A DNA stretch of 62,941 bases, counting the filler, from Octopus bimaculoides (Eukaryota), in the NCBI RefSeq assembly GCF_001194135.2. It is 4 parts of 4 records of this genome, joined end to end, with 100 filler letters (N's around TTAATTAATTAA, not from the genome) between each part and the next. Parts side by side here need not be neighbours in the genome. Positions count along the whole stretch, not along the records: positions 1 to 27,419 come from NC_068986.1; positions 27,520 to 47,933 come from NC_068992.1; 2 more parts are not named here. The stretch is one strand, 5' to 3'. The first letter of the stretch is position 1. Each line of letters opens with the position of its first letter. This document shows positions 24,017 through 36,655 of this stretch, in pieces. The position numbers were made by a program, and so were the translations under genes. Below the pieces are notes generated by a model. That model searched no databases. It was not told where the DNA came from and worked only from the letters and a program-made list of their open reading frames with translations.

Positions 24017-25214
24017 GTATCGATTGTTATGGCTCTTTTATTTCTTTTGAAATGTCAATTATATATATATAAGTGTGTGTGTCCCCTTTAAGTTCGTTTA
24101 CAGAAAACGCTTTTGAGTGCGCATGTAATTATGTATGTTCCAGGCTAATGACTCCAAGCAGCAACAGCAGTTTTATGGGATCGTATCAGGCTGTGCCAGC
24201 ATAACAAAAGATAATAATAATAATTCCATGGATGGAATTTATAAATATCTTAATGCAATACTACGCGCATTTCCTCAAATCACGTGTATTTTGTGACCAT
24301 AGTACGCATCCCTGGGATGATTACAATACGATCTGTAATATCTGTCCATTGACATCAAGATATGCTATATCGTCTGAAGAAATATATATATATATATATA
24401 TATANNNNNNNNNNNNNNNNNNNNNNNNNNNNNNNNNNNNNNNNNNNNNNNNNNNNNNNNNNNNNNNNNNNNNNNNNNNNNNNNNNNNNNNNNNNNNNNN
24501 NNNNNNNNNNNNNNNNNNNNNNNNNNNNNNNNNNNNNNNNNNNNNNNNNNNNNNNNNNNNNNNNNNNNNNNNNNNNNNNNNNNNNNNNNNNNNNNNNNNN
24601 NNNNNNNNNNNNNNNNNNNNNNNNNNNNNNNNNNNNNNNNNNNNNNNNNNNNNNNNNNNNNNNNNNNNNNNNNNNNNNNNNNNNNNNNNNNNNNNNNNNN
24701 NNNNNNNNNNNNNNNNNNNNNNNNNNNNNNNNNNNNNNNNNNNNNNNNNNNNNNNNNNNNNNNNNNNNNNNNNNNNNNNNTTTATCTGTTAGTGTGTTTG
24801 TGTGCGTGTGTGTGTGTATGACGTAGTGGAAGGGATTAGTAGCAGGAATGGTTAGTGGATGCTTATAGACAGTGTTAGGTAGAAGGTCAACAGGCGTTTT
24901 TTTGAGTATGTGTGTGTTCGTGTTTGTGTGGGGTTGTAGGTGTTGGGTACGTGTACGTGTGTGTGTATTTTGTATGTGCACGCGTGTGTATGTGTATGTT
25001 TTTGTGCGTGCGTGTGTGTTTGTGTGTATGTGTATGTTGTGTATATGTGCGTTGCTGTGTACGTGTGTGTGCGTGCGTTTGCTATGTATGTATGTATATA
25101 TACATATATAAATCTCACTCTCTCTCTCTCTCTCTCTGTACATATATATATATATATATACATTCTTACACACACAGAGACACACACACACACGCATATA
25201 TATATACATATATA

Positions 25215-26849
25215 TCTAATATATATAATCCGTCCTGTCTGTCTATCTGTCTGTTTTTGCGCTCGTAACTCGAGTGTTGTTCATCCTATCGTGCTGAAAT
25301 TTTAAACATGGATACATGAGAGAGCGGGGCGTTCCGTAATCTATAAAAATTTTCAAAATTGTTAGTTTCAAAGTGAGAATCGTTATTTTTGTAATCTTTT
25401 TGTCCTGTTTATTCCGTCATTAAAAGCAACGTGTTTGCTCAGACAGCCGGCACATACCATTTCGCTAGCAACAAAGGGAGTACAGAATGACAGTCAGCCA
25501 AAACCGTCGCTATGTTGTCTCTGTCTTTCCTTTCTCTGTCTTTCCTTTCTCTGTCTTTCCTTTCTCTGTCTTTCCTTTCTCTGTCTCTCTTATGATGTCC
25601 GATTCTACTTGAAGTTGTATATACACAGACATGCAGGAAGTAAATAGTCACCTTTAATTTTCAAAATCTTTTATTTAATACGCAAAGCGAACGATTGAAA
25701 TGTAGGTAGGACTACATACTTAAGTATTTAGTTGACATTCCCTTTGCAGTTTTTAATTCAGAAAATCTTTTTGGCATTCAACTGATTAGCTTTGTGATTG
25801 TCTCTTGTGGAATTTCTTCCCACTTTTCACGCAACAATCGAAACAATTCATCTTTAGATTTAGGTTTCTGTCGAGTTTTTCGCATAGCTCTATCTAGAAT
25901 ACTCCAAAGACGTAATCTCTCCAGAAACAAGTATAAAGTAAGGATGATTGTAGAAAACCAAAGGCAAGAGTCTGAAGAGAGAAGCGAGATGAGATTTTCT
26001 CAAGATCAACAAATATATGTTGCAGCACTTAATGCTGGATCATTAAATCAATGTTTTAATGATTAGACAGAGGTCCAGTAGAATAGCTCTCAGAGGCAGA
26101 CTACGTACAAATTCGTTCTTCACAACTCCTGAAGCTCTTTTCAGATATGATCCATCCTATTCTTATAAAAATGATAATTCTGTCCAAATTGGTATGCTAA
26201 ACACAAATTATCATTTCTGTAGAGCTTTAAAGTTTTCAAATGAAACAAATGGTATGTACTGCTCAGGCAGTCAGGTAACATTGCCAACACTATTAGCTCC
26301 TCCTCCACCTCTTATGGATCTTCTAGAAGGTACTTCCATCCAGTTAAAGGATTTTCTGAACAACATCAGACAATACAATTCTGCATTTCAAATGACATCG
26401 TTTGGTGCATCTAAGAAGATACATTAACATGAATTTACACCGACGTCAAAGTCCAAGGGCAAGTCTATCACCTCATTGGTTCTCTGTTACCCACAAATGA
26501 ACACCCATAGTTCCTCCAAATTTACTTTATGCGTGATGTAGGACAATAAACCCAAAGGGAGTGTTAAAATTTCATACTGCTGCGAAAGAGAGTATATCCA
26601 CTGATAGCTTTTTGGTGCGTTCAAAAATCACATAACCCCTACCTCCAATTTTCCATGACAGGTTAGGGCCTGAAATATTCCAAACGGACTAACAGCATGT
26701 TGCTTAGTCGAATTAGCCCAGCATTTATTCCACAAATGTTTTGTTGTCAATGCTGCACTTTCCTATATCATCTGTTTCAACATAACTGTAATATATTATA
26801 TACAAATTATGCCATTTTAATCCCGAGCAACGCCGGGTATCTCTGCTAG
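25215..26849 (+). mobile_element. Internally deleted Helitron retaining the 5' part of the Rep/Helicase ORF
   Basis: 5' A|TC at 25215 (tentative). 3' hairpin cccgagcaacgccggg followed by CTAG at 26846-26849. Protein FRYDPSYSY.ND..V.IG....HFCRALKF.NET.GM.CSG..V.LP...PPPPL..LL...FLNNIRQYNSAFQMTSFGA is a classic Helitron N-terminus. Confidence 0.9.
25518..25590. repeat. 15-bp tandem repeat (ttctctgtctttcct), about 5 copies, inside the Helitron
   Basis: Directly visible. Confidence 0.9.
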
Positions 26850-26850
26850 A

Positions 26851-26899
<49 letters not shown>

Positions 26900-27351
26900 C
26901 ACATACATACATATATGTTTGTATATATGTATGTGTGTATGTATGTATGTATTATGTATGTATACATACCCACACACAAACGCACACACATATATGTACA
27001 TGTGAATGTATGCCATTAAAAAAGCCGCGAATGGCAACGGATGATGAGGTAAATACAACTGACTGATTCATTAACCAAATAATTAACCAAGCAATCAATT
27101 AGTTAAAATTGACGAACAATGTATAAGGGAAAGTGAATCCGTGTGTATGTTCATTATTGGCATATTCCCGAGATACAACAAAACACGGTTCAACGCAAGT
27201 TCACGTCAAGAATCTTGGAAACCAAATGCAAAATCGATATAAATGCATTCATACATACATACATACATACATACATACATACATGCATGCATGCATACAT
27301 ACATACATACATACGTACGTACATAATACATACATACCATACATATATATA

Positions 27352-27392
<41 letters not shown>

Positions 27393-27419
27393 ATATATAC
27401 GTATATATATATATATATA

Positions 27420-27519
27420 NNNNNNNNNNNNNNNNNNNNNNNNNNNNNNNNNNNNNNNNNNNNTTAATTAATTAANNNNNNNNNNNNNNNNNNNNNNNNN
27501 NNNNNNNNNNNNNNNNNNN
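27420..27519. other. Artificial scaffold linker N44-TTAATTAATTAA-N44
   Basis: Exact 100-bp structure with stop codons in all six frames, repeated identically three times in the window. Confidence 0.95.
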
Positions 27520-27539
27520 ATATATATATATATATGGGC

Positions 27540-27576
<37 letters not shown>

Positions 27577-27663
27577 TATAAAAATGTTAGTAAGTAAAAG
27601 TGTTTTAAAAAATTATTAAATTTTCAGATTAACACCTGCACGATTTTCACTACAGTGTTAGTG

Positions 27664-27708
27664 TTAGGGTTTTAGGGTTAGGGTTAGGGTTAGGGTTTTA
27701 GGGTTAGG
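27664..27708 (+). repeat. Short interstitial (TTAGGG)n telomere-like tract
   Basis: ttaggg tt ttaggg ttaggg ttaggg ttaggg tt ttaggg ttagg. Confidence 0.85.
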
Positions 27709-28384
27709 TAGGTAATTGTGTGGGTGTCAATCTCAAGATTTACGAAAAGATTTTCCAAAAAACTCACAGTTTGTAGGGAATAAGTGTTTGTCAATCGTAT
27801 TTGAAAAAGATGTGTGGCTATTTTTTTTGTTGTTATCATGGTGAAGGATGGAGTTATAAATAACTTACAATTCCCGCCAATTAGAATTAGGTATGTATGT
27901 ATGTATATATGTATGTATGCCTGTATATATGTGAGAGTATAGATTCAATGTAGCAGCCTCAGTATGAAAATGAAACCATTAAAGTGAAAGTATCTGTCAT
28001 TACAGTATCGAAATGCGATTGTTTCAGTTTTGATACTGAAATAGTTTTCTTTTACTGTCAGTGTTTCTCCTTCCATTCTTTTTGCATTTGTTGTTGGATC
28101 GTTCGTAAAGGTTCATAAGAGAAAGTAGGAGTTGAAAGGATTTGTAAAGGTAATAGAAAGAGGAAATTAGATTTTATTATGGGGGAAAATGTTAATTTGT
28201 GTAGTTTTATGGATTTTATTCGTAATTAGGAGTTATTTTGACTGAAAAAATGATGCTGTGACCTAACTTATTGTATTTAGAATATTAATTCCGATTCTTT
28301 AATCCAAGAAATTTGGAATTGTGTAAATGTATGAATTTTAAACATACACACACACACACACAGAAAATCTGCCTTTTATAGATA

Positions 28385-28545
28385 AGATTACGTTGGCTGT
28401 ACATGAGGACTTTGGGTATTCTTCTGTCACTAACACTGATGACATGATCAGCACAGCACAATTGTGACTGCATAAGAAAGCTCTTGATCCCACCATTCTT
28501 ACACTTGCTAAACAAGTCAACATTAGACACTGTCTTTTAGTGAAT
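28385..28545 (-). mobile_element. RTE-like LINE C-terminal fragment
   Basis: GIKSFLMQSQLCCADHVISVSDRRIPKVLMYSQ resembles the RTE motif ...QLRWAGHV.RM.D.RIPK..LY.QL. Confidence 0.65.
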
Positions 28546-28918
28546 GACTGTGTAAAATGTCTAGTTAGTTAATGTACCACCTATAAGGTGTCCATGATTC
28601 CGAGCCATAAGAGAGAGTAGTAAGAATGGCAGCATTACAGATCTCCAATCTTTCGGCGGGTTGGTGCCCATTCTCCTTTGCCATCATGAAACTTTTTTGG
28701 AGCTGGATTTTCTACGGGGAGCATGCCCTTGCTTACCCACAACCTCAGTTTCTAGACATGAGGGGTCCCAAGCCCAAGCCCAAGGCCTCTACCACGATTT
28801 TTTTAGAAATGTGGTGGAAAACTAGCTCAGGGAGGCAGGGATGTTACTCCCTGAGATAGCTTTTGGAGCTCCCCTACCCTATACACACATACATACATAC
28901 ATATATATATATATATGT

Positions 28919-30000
28919 TCCCAGAAGAAAATGACTTGCTGAATGAGACCCAGCATGGTTTCCGTCCAGGTAGAAGCTGCCTTACGCAGCTCTTGCAGCA
29001 TTATGACTGGGTCCTGAAGCAGCTACTTGACCATTCAAATGTTGATGTGATATATCTCGACTTTGCAAAAGCCTTTGACAAAGTTGATCATGGCTTGATA
29101 TGTCACAAGCTGCGAAACCTTGGCATAGCTGGTAAATTAGGAGAATGGCTGCATGACTTCCTGAATGGTAGAAGTCAGACAGTTGCAGCCAATGGAGAAC
29201 TATCTAGGGAAATGCAAATATTGAGCNNNNNNNNNNNNNNNNNNNNNNNNNNNNNNNNNNNNNNNNNNNNNNNNNNNNNNNNNNNNNNNNNNNNNNNNNN
29301 NNNNNNACTACTGTTCATAGTGGCCCTTCTGGACATGCCCACGGTCACTAGGAGAGCCACTGTCACTAGCTACACTGATGACACAAAACTATCTCAGGCA
29401 ATAAAGAATCCTGATGATACCATAAGCCTGCAGAATGACCTAAATGCAATATATGAGTGGGCAGAGCAAAACAATATGCAGTTCAATGCAAAAATTTCAA
29501 GTACTGCACTACAAGGCCACAAGTGTCCCCCAACTGGCATACACAGGACCTGGAGGTACTGCAATCCCAGAACCACAAACAGTAAGAGACCTGGGCATCA
29601 ACATGTGTAGTGATGCATCATTTCACATGCACATTGTCAAGTTGACAGCAAAGTGCAGACAACTGGCAGGGTGGATACTGAGGACATTCCGAACAAGGGA
29701 TCAAAAAGTCATGTTGACTCTATGGAAGACATTTGTCCTGAGCCGCCTAGACTATTGCTCTCAGTTGTGGTCACCACACGGTGTCAAGCGGACAGCAGAA
29801 CTCAAGGCAATTCAGCGGCACTATACAAAACAGATCGTCACAGTCCAGCAGATGAACTACAGGGAGCGACTGAAGGCACTAGGTCTCTACTCCCTGGAAC
29901 GCAGGCGGGAGAGATATGTAATACTATACATATGGAAAATACTGGAAGGACTGGTACCAAACTTTGGCATCAAGTACTACACAAATGCCCGCACATATGG
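28919..30000 (+). mobile_element. CR1/L2-group LINE reverse transcriptase fragment (gap and frameshift)
   Basis: QHGFRPGRSCLTQLL..DVIYLDFAKAFDKVDH..YTDDTKL..DLQ..W...MQFNAK, then RDLGI..RTF..LSRLDYCSQLWSP..LGLYSLERRR. Confidence 0.92.
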
Positions 30001-30097
30001 TCAAAATACCACTACAGTGAATATAATGATGAAGTAAATATATTAATTTTTATAAATAAGGATAAGATTGTTATTTAAAATACAGATAATACACATA

Positions 30098-30365
30098 GGC
30101 GCAGGAGTGGCTGTGTGGTAAGTAGCTTGCTTCCCAACCACATGGTTCTGTGTTCATTCCCACTGCGTGGCACCTTGGGCAAGTGTCTTCTGCTATAGCC
30201 TCGGGCCGACCAAAGTCTTGTGAGTAGATTTTGTAGACGGAAACTGAAAGAAGCTCGTTGTATATATGTATATATATATATATATGTGTGTGTGTGTATA
30301 TGTTTGTGTGTCTGTGTTTGTCTCCCCACCATCACTTCACAACCGATGGTGGTGTATTTACGCCC
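30098..30365 (+). mobile_element. tRNA-derived SINE family A, 5' intact
   Basis: Head ggcgcaggagtggctgtgtggtaagtagcttgcttcccaaccacatggttctgtgttcattccc (A and B boxes), internal (TA)/(TG) tract, body ttgggcaagtgtcttct. Confidence 0.9.
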
Positions 30366-30727
30366 ACACATATATAGACATATACATACTTCAACACATA
30401 CATATGCATACAAACTCTTGTATGTTCACATGCATTCATGCATATAGACACTCATTCGTATCTATTTTTGTACATATAAATTTCTGCATGTATAAATGCA
30501 TGCAAACCTGCACACATGTATAATTGTAAATGTATATGTACACACATGCACACCCACACACAGGCTTGTATGTGTACGTATATATATCTACATATACCCA
30601 TATACAAATCGATATTTATATAAAATATAATATCTTTACGTATCTCATTTCTATTTTCATTCTTTTACCTCCCTCTGTATTTCATATCTTCTCTACAATA
30701 ATTAATACTCAAACATTTTCTTGCACC

Positions 30728-30775
30728 GTCTCTGATGAAGGGATATATAAAATACCCCAGAAATATCTGTAAGAC
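30728..30775 (+). ncRNA. Decayed hammerhead-like motif (ACAGCTGT family)
   Basis: gtct-CTGATGA-aGGGaTAT ataaa ATAcCCCa-GAAA-tatctg-TA-agac. Stem I 4 bp, stem II 6/8 bp, stem III mutated relative to 9608-9619. Confidence 0.5.
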
Positions 30776-31814
30776 TTTTTCTTTATAAATGTTCTGAAAA
30801 GTATTCACAGCCTTGGATTTTTTATCTCATTCTGTCAATTTTTATATATGCATGCTAATACATGACCTACGCTGGACTCCTCATTCCTATCATTATCAAA
30901 CCTGGAGCTTAACCATGGCCTATCCATAGCACTTACTTAGCGTTACCTGACACCTTTGGGGTTTTCTTGACACCAGTCCTCTCATACCTTATATATATNN
31001 NNNNNNNNNNNNNNNNNNNNNNNNNNNNNNNNNNNNNNNNNNNNNNNNNNNNNNNNNNNNNNNNNNNNNNNNNNNNNNNNNNNNNNNNNNNNNNNNNNNN
31101 NTATTTACAAAGACAATGAAGTGGTCCTGAGTCTCTAGGTTCCCCCCACCCCAAGTGATCTATGAGCCATTTTCCGAAATGTTGCACATAGCACAGTCCC
31201 CACTAAAAAAAAACAAAAAAAAAACGACCAGTCTAAGGGTGATAACTAAATGAAAATTCTGGGGAAACTAGGAAAATTATTCATGGTTTATTTTTCACTT
31301 TTTATAATGTTTGATCTTTAATTATCTCTTTCAATATTCTATGTGTAAGAAGAAGTATGCTATTCACAGTGATAGATTGTTACTATATATTCTTATTAAA
31401 TTTGTGTGTGCACTTTAGTAGTATTATTATATTGTTTGTATTTGCTTTATATTTATATCTTTGAGCCACCAGATTATTCATCTAAAAAAAGCTATTTGTA
31501 TTTTTGCTTGTTGTGATATTTAAATTCAATAAATTATAGTACATATGTTTTCAGTTTTCCCTTAACTTTTATTTAGTTACATTGTACTACACATAAGCCA
31601 AAGTCTGTGTGATGATTGCTTCATTTATAAACTGAAATACTAGAAATCATAGATCAGAATTTTATATGTGCCTATCCCGATACTGGCCGGAAGGAAACAA
31701 CTCTATCATCTACATGAAAGTTAATAGTCATTTCTCATATATGCTCAATACAATCTAAATGAATAGCTTTCAATATTCGTAGTATAATTTTGGCAGCTTT
31801 TTTCAACCCAGTTA

Positions 31815-32120
31815 ATGACAGGCATTTCTGTTATGGCACTTGTGCCAGTGGCATGTGAACAAAACATTCAAGCAAGGTCGTTGCCAGTGCTGCTGGACTG
31901 ACTCCTGTGCAGGTAGCACATAAAAAACACCATTTGAGTGTGTCAGACTGGCCCTAGCACTCACTACACTCTCGAAGTGGTTGGCATTAAGGGCATCCAG
32001 TTGTAGAAACTGCCAGATCAGATTGGAGCCTGGTGCAGCCATCTGGTTCGCCAGTCCTCAGTCAAATCGTTCAACCCATGCTAGTATGGAAAGCGGTCGT
32101 TAAACGATGATGATGATGAT
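31815..32120 (+). mobile_element. 5'-truncated RTE 3' UTR ending in (GAT)n; related pieces at ~36940-37110, 43240-43375, 55580-55720, 55965-56125 and 58380-58610
   Basis: Same ggcattaagggcatccag.tgtagaaac...aacccatgc.agcatggaaagcgg.cgttaaacgatgatg tail that follows the RTE ORF end at 57560-58228. Confidence 0.8.
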
Positions 32121-32134
32121 ATATGTATATATAC

Positions 32135-32538
32135 TCTTTACTCTTTTACTTGTTTCAGTCATTTGACTGCGGCCATGCTGAAGCACTGCCTTTAGTCGAG
32201 AAAATCGACCCCACGACTTATTCTTTGTAAGCCTAGTACATATTCTATCGGTCTCTTTTTACTGAACCACTAAGTTATGGGGACGTAAACACACCAGCAT
32301 CGGTTGTTAAGCGATTATGGGGGGGGGGGACGAACACAGACACACAAACACACACACACATATATATACATATATACGACGGGCTTCTTTCAGTTTCCGT
32401 CTACCAAATCCACTCACAAGGCTTTGGTCGGCCCGAGGCTATAGTAGAAGACACTTGCTCAAGGTGCTACGCAGTGGGACTGAACCCAGAACCATGTGAT
32501 TGTTTAGCAAGCTACTTACCACACAGCCACTCCTGCAC
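32135..32538 (-). mobile_element. tRNA-derived SINE family A, full length
   Basis: Reverse complement of the 53738-54105 copy, with the head ending cacagccactcctgcacc. Confidence 0.92.
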
Positions 32539-33122
32539 CTTGAATAAAGTGTAATTGTGTACAACCAGCTCTAACATGTTTGTGTACACTCTGATATGAG
32601 AAGAAAGACCTCTTGTTAAAGAAATAGCCCCAGGAAAGAATTCTCCTTGCATAAAAATATGTAAAAACACATTGAGCAATGAATGATGTATCGTGGGTTG
32701 CTGCATATGTTCCTGTGTCATTCCTCACTGAGAACTATGAAAATTTGCCTTTTACAGCCCTATAAGAATAGTAAATTAGGCATACACTGACATACTAAAA
32801 GCTTGGTCAAGCTGTAATTAAATAATTAGTCACATGAAGCAGCATTGAAAAATATATAATTATGTATAACTACATTTAATATGACTAATGATTCTAGAGT
32901 TGGGATATTATTCTTACAATTTTAATTAAACATAAAGTAGAATTTCTCTATCTCACTCAAATAAAATGGAAGGACCAATAAAACTGCTGAAGACTTGTTT
33001 TGATGAAATATTGATACTAACACCAGACTAATAAAGACAAGGATTTATCAAAGTAGACATTTGTATTAATTTAAATATATAATACAAATAATCACTTAAA
33101 AATTTCTTCCATGATTTTTCAG

Positions 33123-33216
33123 ATTGTCATGACAAGAATGCTTACTGGAGAAGAATATGGTTGTGTTAACATAAACAAGGAAAAATCCCTTGAGTATTCC
33201 TGCAAAGTGCTGAAAA
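33123..33216 (+). CDS. Candidate exon 1 of a visible chain for a single-pass membrane protein
   Basis: Splice sites ttttcag| and |gtaagt. Reads IVMTRMLTGEEYGCVNINKEKSLEYSCKVLK, phase 0 to 1. Confidence 0.5.
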
Positions 33217-33539
33217 GTAAGTTTCCACCGAACAACTAAATCAAACACACATAGCTTTGTTAAGTAATGCATTAAAATAATCAGGACCAAGAGTATGTTG
33301 GTGTGTTGTTGACTTTGCTTCAATCAGTTAAGCACTGTGAGGGTGAGTACAATCGGTCACCAACATCTCCAGACTCCTTTACTGCCTAACAGAAAGTCCC
33401 TTCTTTGTGGACTAGCCTGCTAGCTAGGCTGCAGTGAAGTTCCTGTTTACAGTTCATCTGTTATCAGTCCATGGGCAGTGCCCTATATATAGCTTCCCCT
33501 CAGAACTGTTGACTGTCAGGCGGTACTGGCAACGGCCAC

Positions 33540-33886
33540 GCTCAAAATGGTGCATCTCATGTGCCACCCGCACAAGAGCCAGTCCAGGGGCACTGGCAAC
33601 GATCTTACTTGGCTTGCCGGGTCTTCTCACGCACAGCACATTTCCAAAGGTCTCGGTCAGTAGTCATCGCCTCGGTGAGGCCCAATGTACGAAGGTCTTG
33701 CCTCACCACCTCAGCCCAGGTCTTCCTGGGCCTACCTCTTCCACGGGTTCCCTCAACTGTTAGGGTGTGGCACTTTTTCACGCAGCTATCCTCATCCATT
33801 CTCACCACATGTCCATACCAGTGCAATCGTCTCTCTTGCACACCACAACTGATGCTTCTAATGTTCAGCTTTTCTCTCAAGATACT
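33540..33886 (-). mobile_element. RTE LINE 3' ORF end and start of 3' UTR
   Basis: LREKLNIRSISCGVQERRLHWYGHVVRMDEDSCVKKCHTLTVEGTRGRGRPRKTWAEVVRQDLRTLGLTEAMTTDRDLWK. Confidence 0.9.
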
Positions 33887-34564
33887 NNNNNNNNNNNNNN
33901 NNNNNNNNNNNNNNNNNNNNNNNNNNNNNNNNNNNNNNNNNNNNNNNNNNNNNNNNNNNNNNNNNNNNNNNNNNNNNNNNNNNNNNNNNNNNNNNNNNNN
34001 NNNNNNNNNNNNNNNNNNNNNNNNNNNNNNNNNNNNNNNNNNNNNNNNNNNNNNNNNNNNNNNNNNNNNNNNNNNNNNNNNNNNNNNNNNNNNNNNNNNN
34101 NNNNNNNNNNNNNNNNNNNNNNNNNNNNNNNNNNNNNNNNNNNNNNNNNNNNNNNNNNNNNNNNNNNNNNNNNNNNNNNNNNNNNNNNNNNNNNNNNNNN
34201 NNNNNNNNNNNNNNNNNNNNNNNNNNNNNNNNNNNNNNNNNNNNNNNNNNNNNNNNNNNNNNNNNNNNNNNNNNNNNNNNNNNNNNNNNNNNNNNNNNNN
34301 NNNNNNNNNNNNNNNNNNNNNNNNNNNNNNNNNNNNNNNNNNNNNNNNNNNNNNNNNNNNNNNNNNNNNNNNNNNNNNNNNNNNNNNNNNNNNNNNNNNN
34401 NNNNNNNNNNNNNNNNNNNNNNNNNNNNNNNNNNNNNNNNNNNNNNNNNNNNNNNNNNNNNNNNNNNNNNNNNNNNNNNNNNNNNNNNNNNNNNNNNNNN
34501 NNNNNNNNNNNNNNNNNNNNNNNNNNNNNNNNNNNNNNNNNNNNNNNNNNNNNNNNNNNNNNNN

Positions 34565-34597
<33 letters not shown>

Positions 34598-34620
34598 CAT
34601 ACATATATATATATATATAT

Positions 34621-35765
34621 ACAGGGGGTCCTGAAATTAAGGCAGCCAAAGTTTTGGGCTTTAATATTATCAATAAATGGGATAAGATATTAGAATCATG
34701 CGTCATTATAAAACTTTAGTGTGTCTTCTTTTTGTTTCAGACTGAATTATTATTAACTAGATAATGGCTATAGACTGAAATACAATCATAACTCTCCACA
34801 AGGGAGGGAAAAGTAATACAGCTATAGCAAAAAAAAATCTTGAAATTATCCAAGCCATAGTCTGGAAAATTGTAAAAAATTGTCAAGAAATTTCAAGAGA
34901 CTGGTTCCACCACTGATCAGTCTGGATGTGGCTGAAAAAGAAGTATATGAACCCCTCAGCTTATCAAAAACACCAGAGAAAAGATATGCTGAAATCCTTG
35001 TTGTTCCACCCGAGAACTTGGCTGTCACGGCAAAAATACGCTGTACATCGATGTATTGAGTGCTGAAGGAGGAACTCAGGAATCATTCCTACAAGATGAT
35101 CTGCTGTCATGAGCCCACACAAGTTTATAATGTCATGAGACTGGAGAGAAGTCATCTTATCCTGTATCAGATTGCTGAAAGCATGTTGTCCAGCCTGGTG
35201 TTCACTGATGGAAAGAAATTTGACATTGAACAGGTAGTAAACCACCAGAATAACTGACTTTGGAATGTATCTGGTTCTGTTGAGGTTAGACTCATAAAAC
35301 AACATCAAAATCCACAGTCAGTTATGACTTGGGTGGTAGTGACAGCCACTGGAAAGTCTCCCCTTGTATTTGTGCCCTTGATACATTAATGATATTCTGG
35401 AAGCTGAACTGCTTCCATGAGCGAATGAACATTTTCAAGGCACACATTGGAGTCTCCAACAGGACTTGGCACCATCTCACAGCTCCAAACAGACACAACA
35501 CTGAATTCAGTAAAACATTATATCATTCATAGTTAAGAATGTATGGCTCTCAAGAAGCCCTGATTTCACCCAGTTGGATTTTTCTGTTTGGTCCATTTTG
35601 AAGATGAGGGTCTTGAACACTCATGCTTTGCTCAATGCTTTAAAGGAAAACTGCACTAGGAATGGGCTTCAATTCTGCAAGAACAGCTATATGTTGTGTG
35701 TAAAGCATTCACACCCAGACTTAAGGCTGTGATTTTAAACAGAGGTGGTCATGTCAAATAAATGT
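34621..35765 (+). mobile_element. Decayed Tc1/mariner-superfamily element, maT (DD37D)-like
   Basis: TA|cagggggtcctgaaatt left end. Fragments HKGGKSNTAIAK..VWKIVK.FQETG, LVFTDGKKFDIEQVVNHQN, PQSVMTW..VTATGKSPLVFV, QDLAPSHS, SPDFTQLDFSVWSIL and RGGHVK*. Right TIR not clearly retained. Confidence 0.75.
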
Positions 35766-35831
35766 GATAGTGTCATAATTGTGTTTCCTTTACCATTGCA
35801 TTGCAACATATTTTTAAAATTTATATTTCAG

Positions 35832-36061
35832 GCAAAAATTGGCTGTTGAAAGTTATTTCTTCCGAAAAACGTACACAAAAATTTGCCATAGAAATAGTTC
35901 AAGACAAGTTATCATCTGTCTCCAGAAACTTAACATGGAGTCATTTCTGTCAATATGGAGATATTTACATAAAGCATTTTAATAATTTGAAGACATATGA
36001 AGATGATGAAATCACAAGTCTGAAAGTCCATTTCATTGGTAAATCTCTGAAAATCAATGAA
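35832..36061 (+). CDS. Candidate exon 2 of the membrane-protein chain
   Basis: Splice sites tatatttcag| and gaa|gtaaat. Reads KNWLLKVISSEKRTQKFAIEIVQDKLSSVSRNLTWSHFCQYGDIYIKHFNNLKTYEDDEITSLKVHFIGKSLKINE, phase 1 to 0. Alternative acceptors exist at 35904 and 35926. Confidence 0.5.
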
Positions 36062-36214
36062 GTAAATATATTTTCTTAACCTATTTTAAAATATCTAAAG
36101 ATGATTGGGAGGCAGACTGCATGTTTTATGGGAGTAAATTTGATACTTCAAAATGGCTGGATCCAGATTCTTAGTCAAACAAACTTCCTTTCTAGTTCTC
36201 TTCTAAAATATTCT

Positions 36215-36655
36215 AATAATAGGCACAGTTATGGCTGAGTTGTATGAAAATTGCTTCCCAACCACATGGTTCTGGGTTCAGTAACATTGTGTTGCACCTT
36301 GGGCTAGTGTCTTCTACTATAGCCCTTGGCTGACCAAAGTTGTGTGAGTAGATATGATAAACAGAACTGGCTTTTATATATATATGCGTGTGTGTGTGTG
36401 TGTGTGCATGTGTGTGTGCATGTGCGTGTGTGTGTGTGTGTGCCTTTGTGTCTGTGTTTGTTCCCCCATCACCATTTGACAACCTGTAGTTGGGGTGTTT
36501 ACATCCCTGTAACTAAGCGGTCCAGCAAAAGAGACAAATAGAATAAGTACTAGGCTTAAAAAAAGTCCTGAGTTCAATTTGCTTGACTAAAATCCTTCAA
36601 GGCATTACTCCAGCATGGCTACAGTCAAATGACTGAAACAAGTAAAAGAATAAAA
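36215..36655 (+). mobile_element. tRNA-derived SINE family A, diverged full length
   Basis: Head, internal (TG)n tract and 3' body are all recognisable. Confidence 0.85.

Noticed and set aside
35836-35870. Right TIR of the maT-like element
   Set aside because: Only ~12 bp (aaaaattggctg) resemble the left end, and the same bases fit an open exon.
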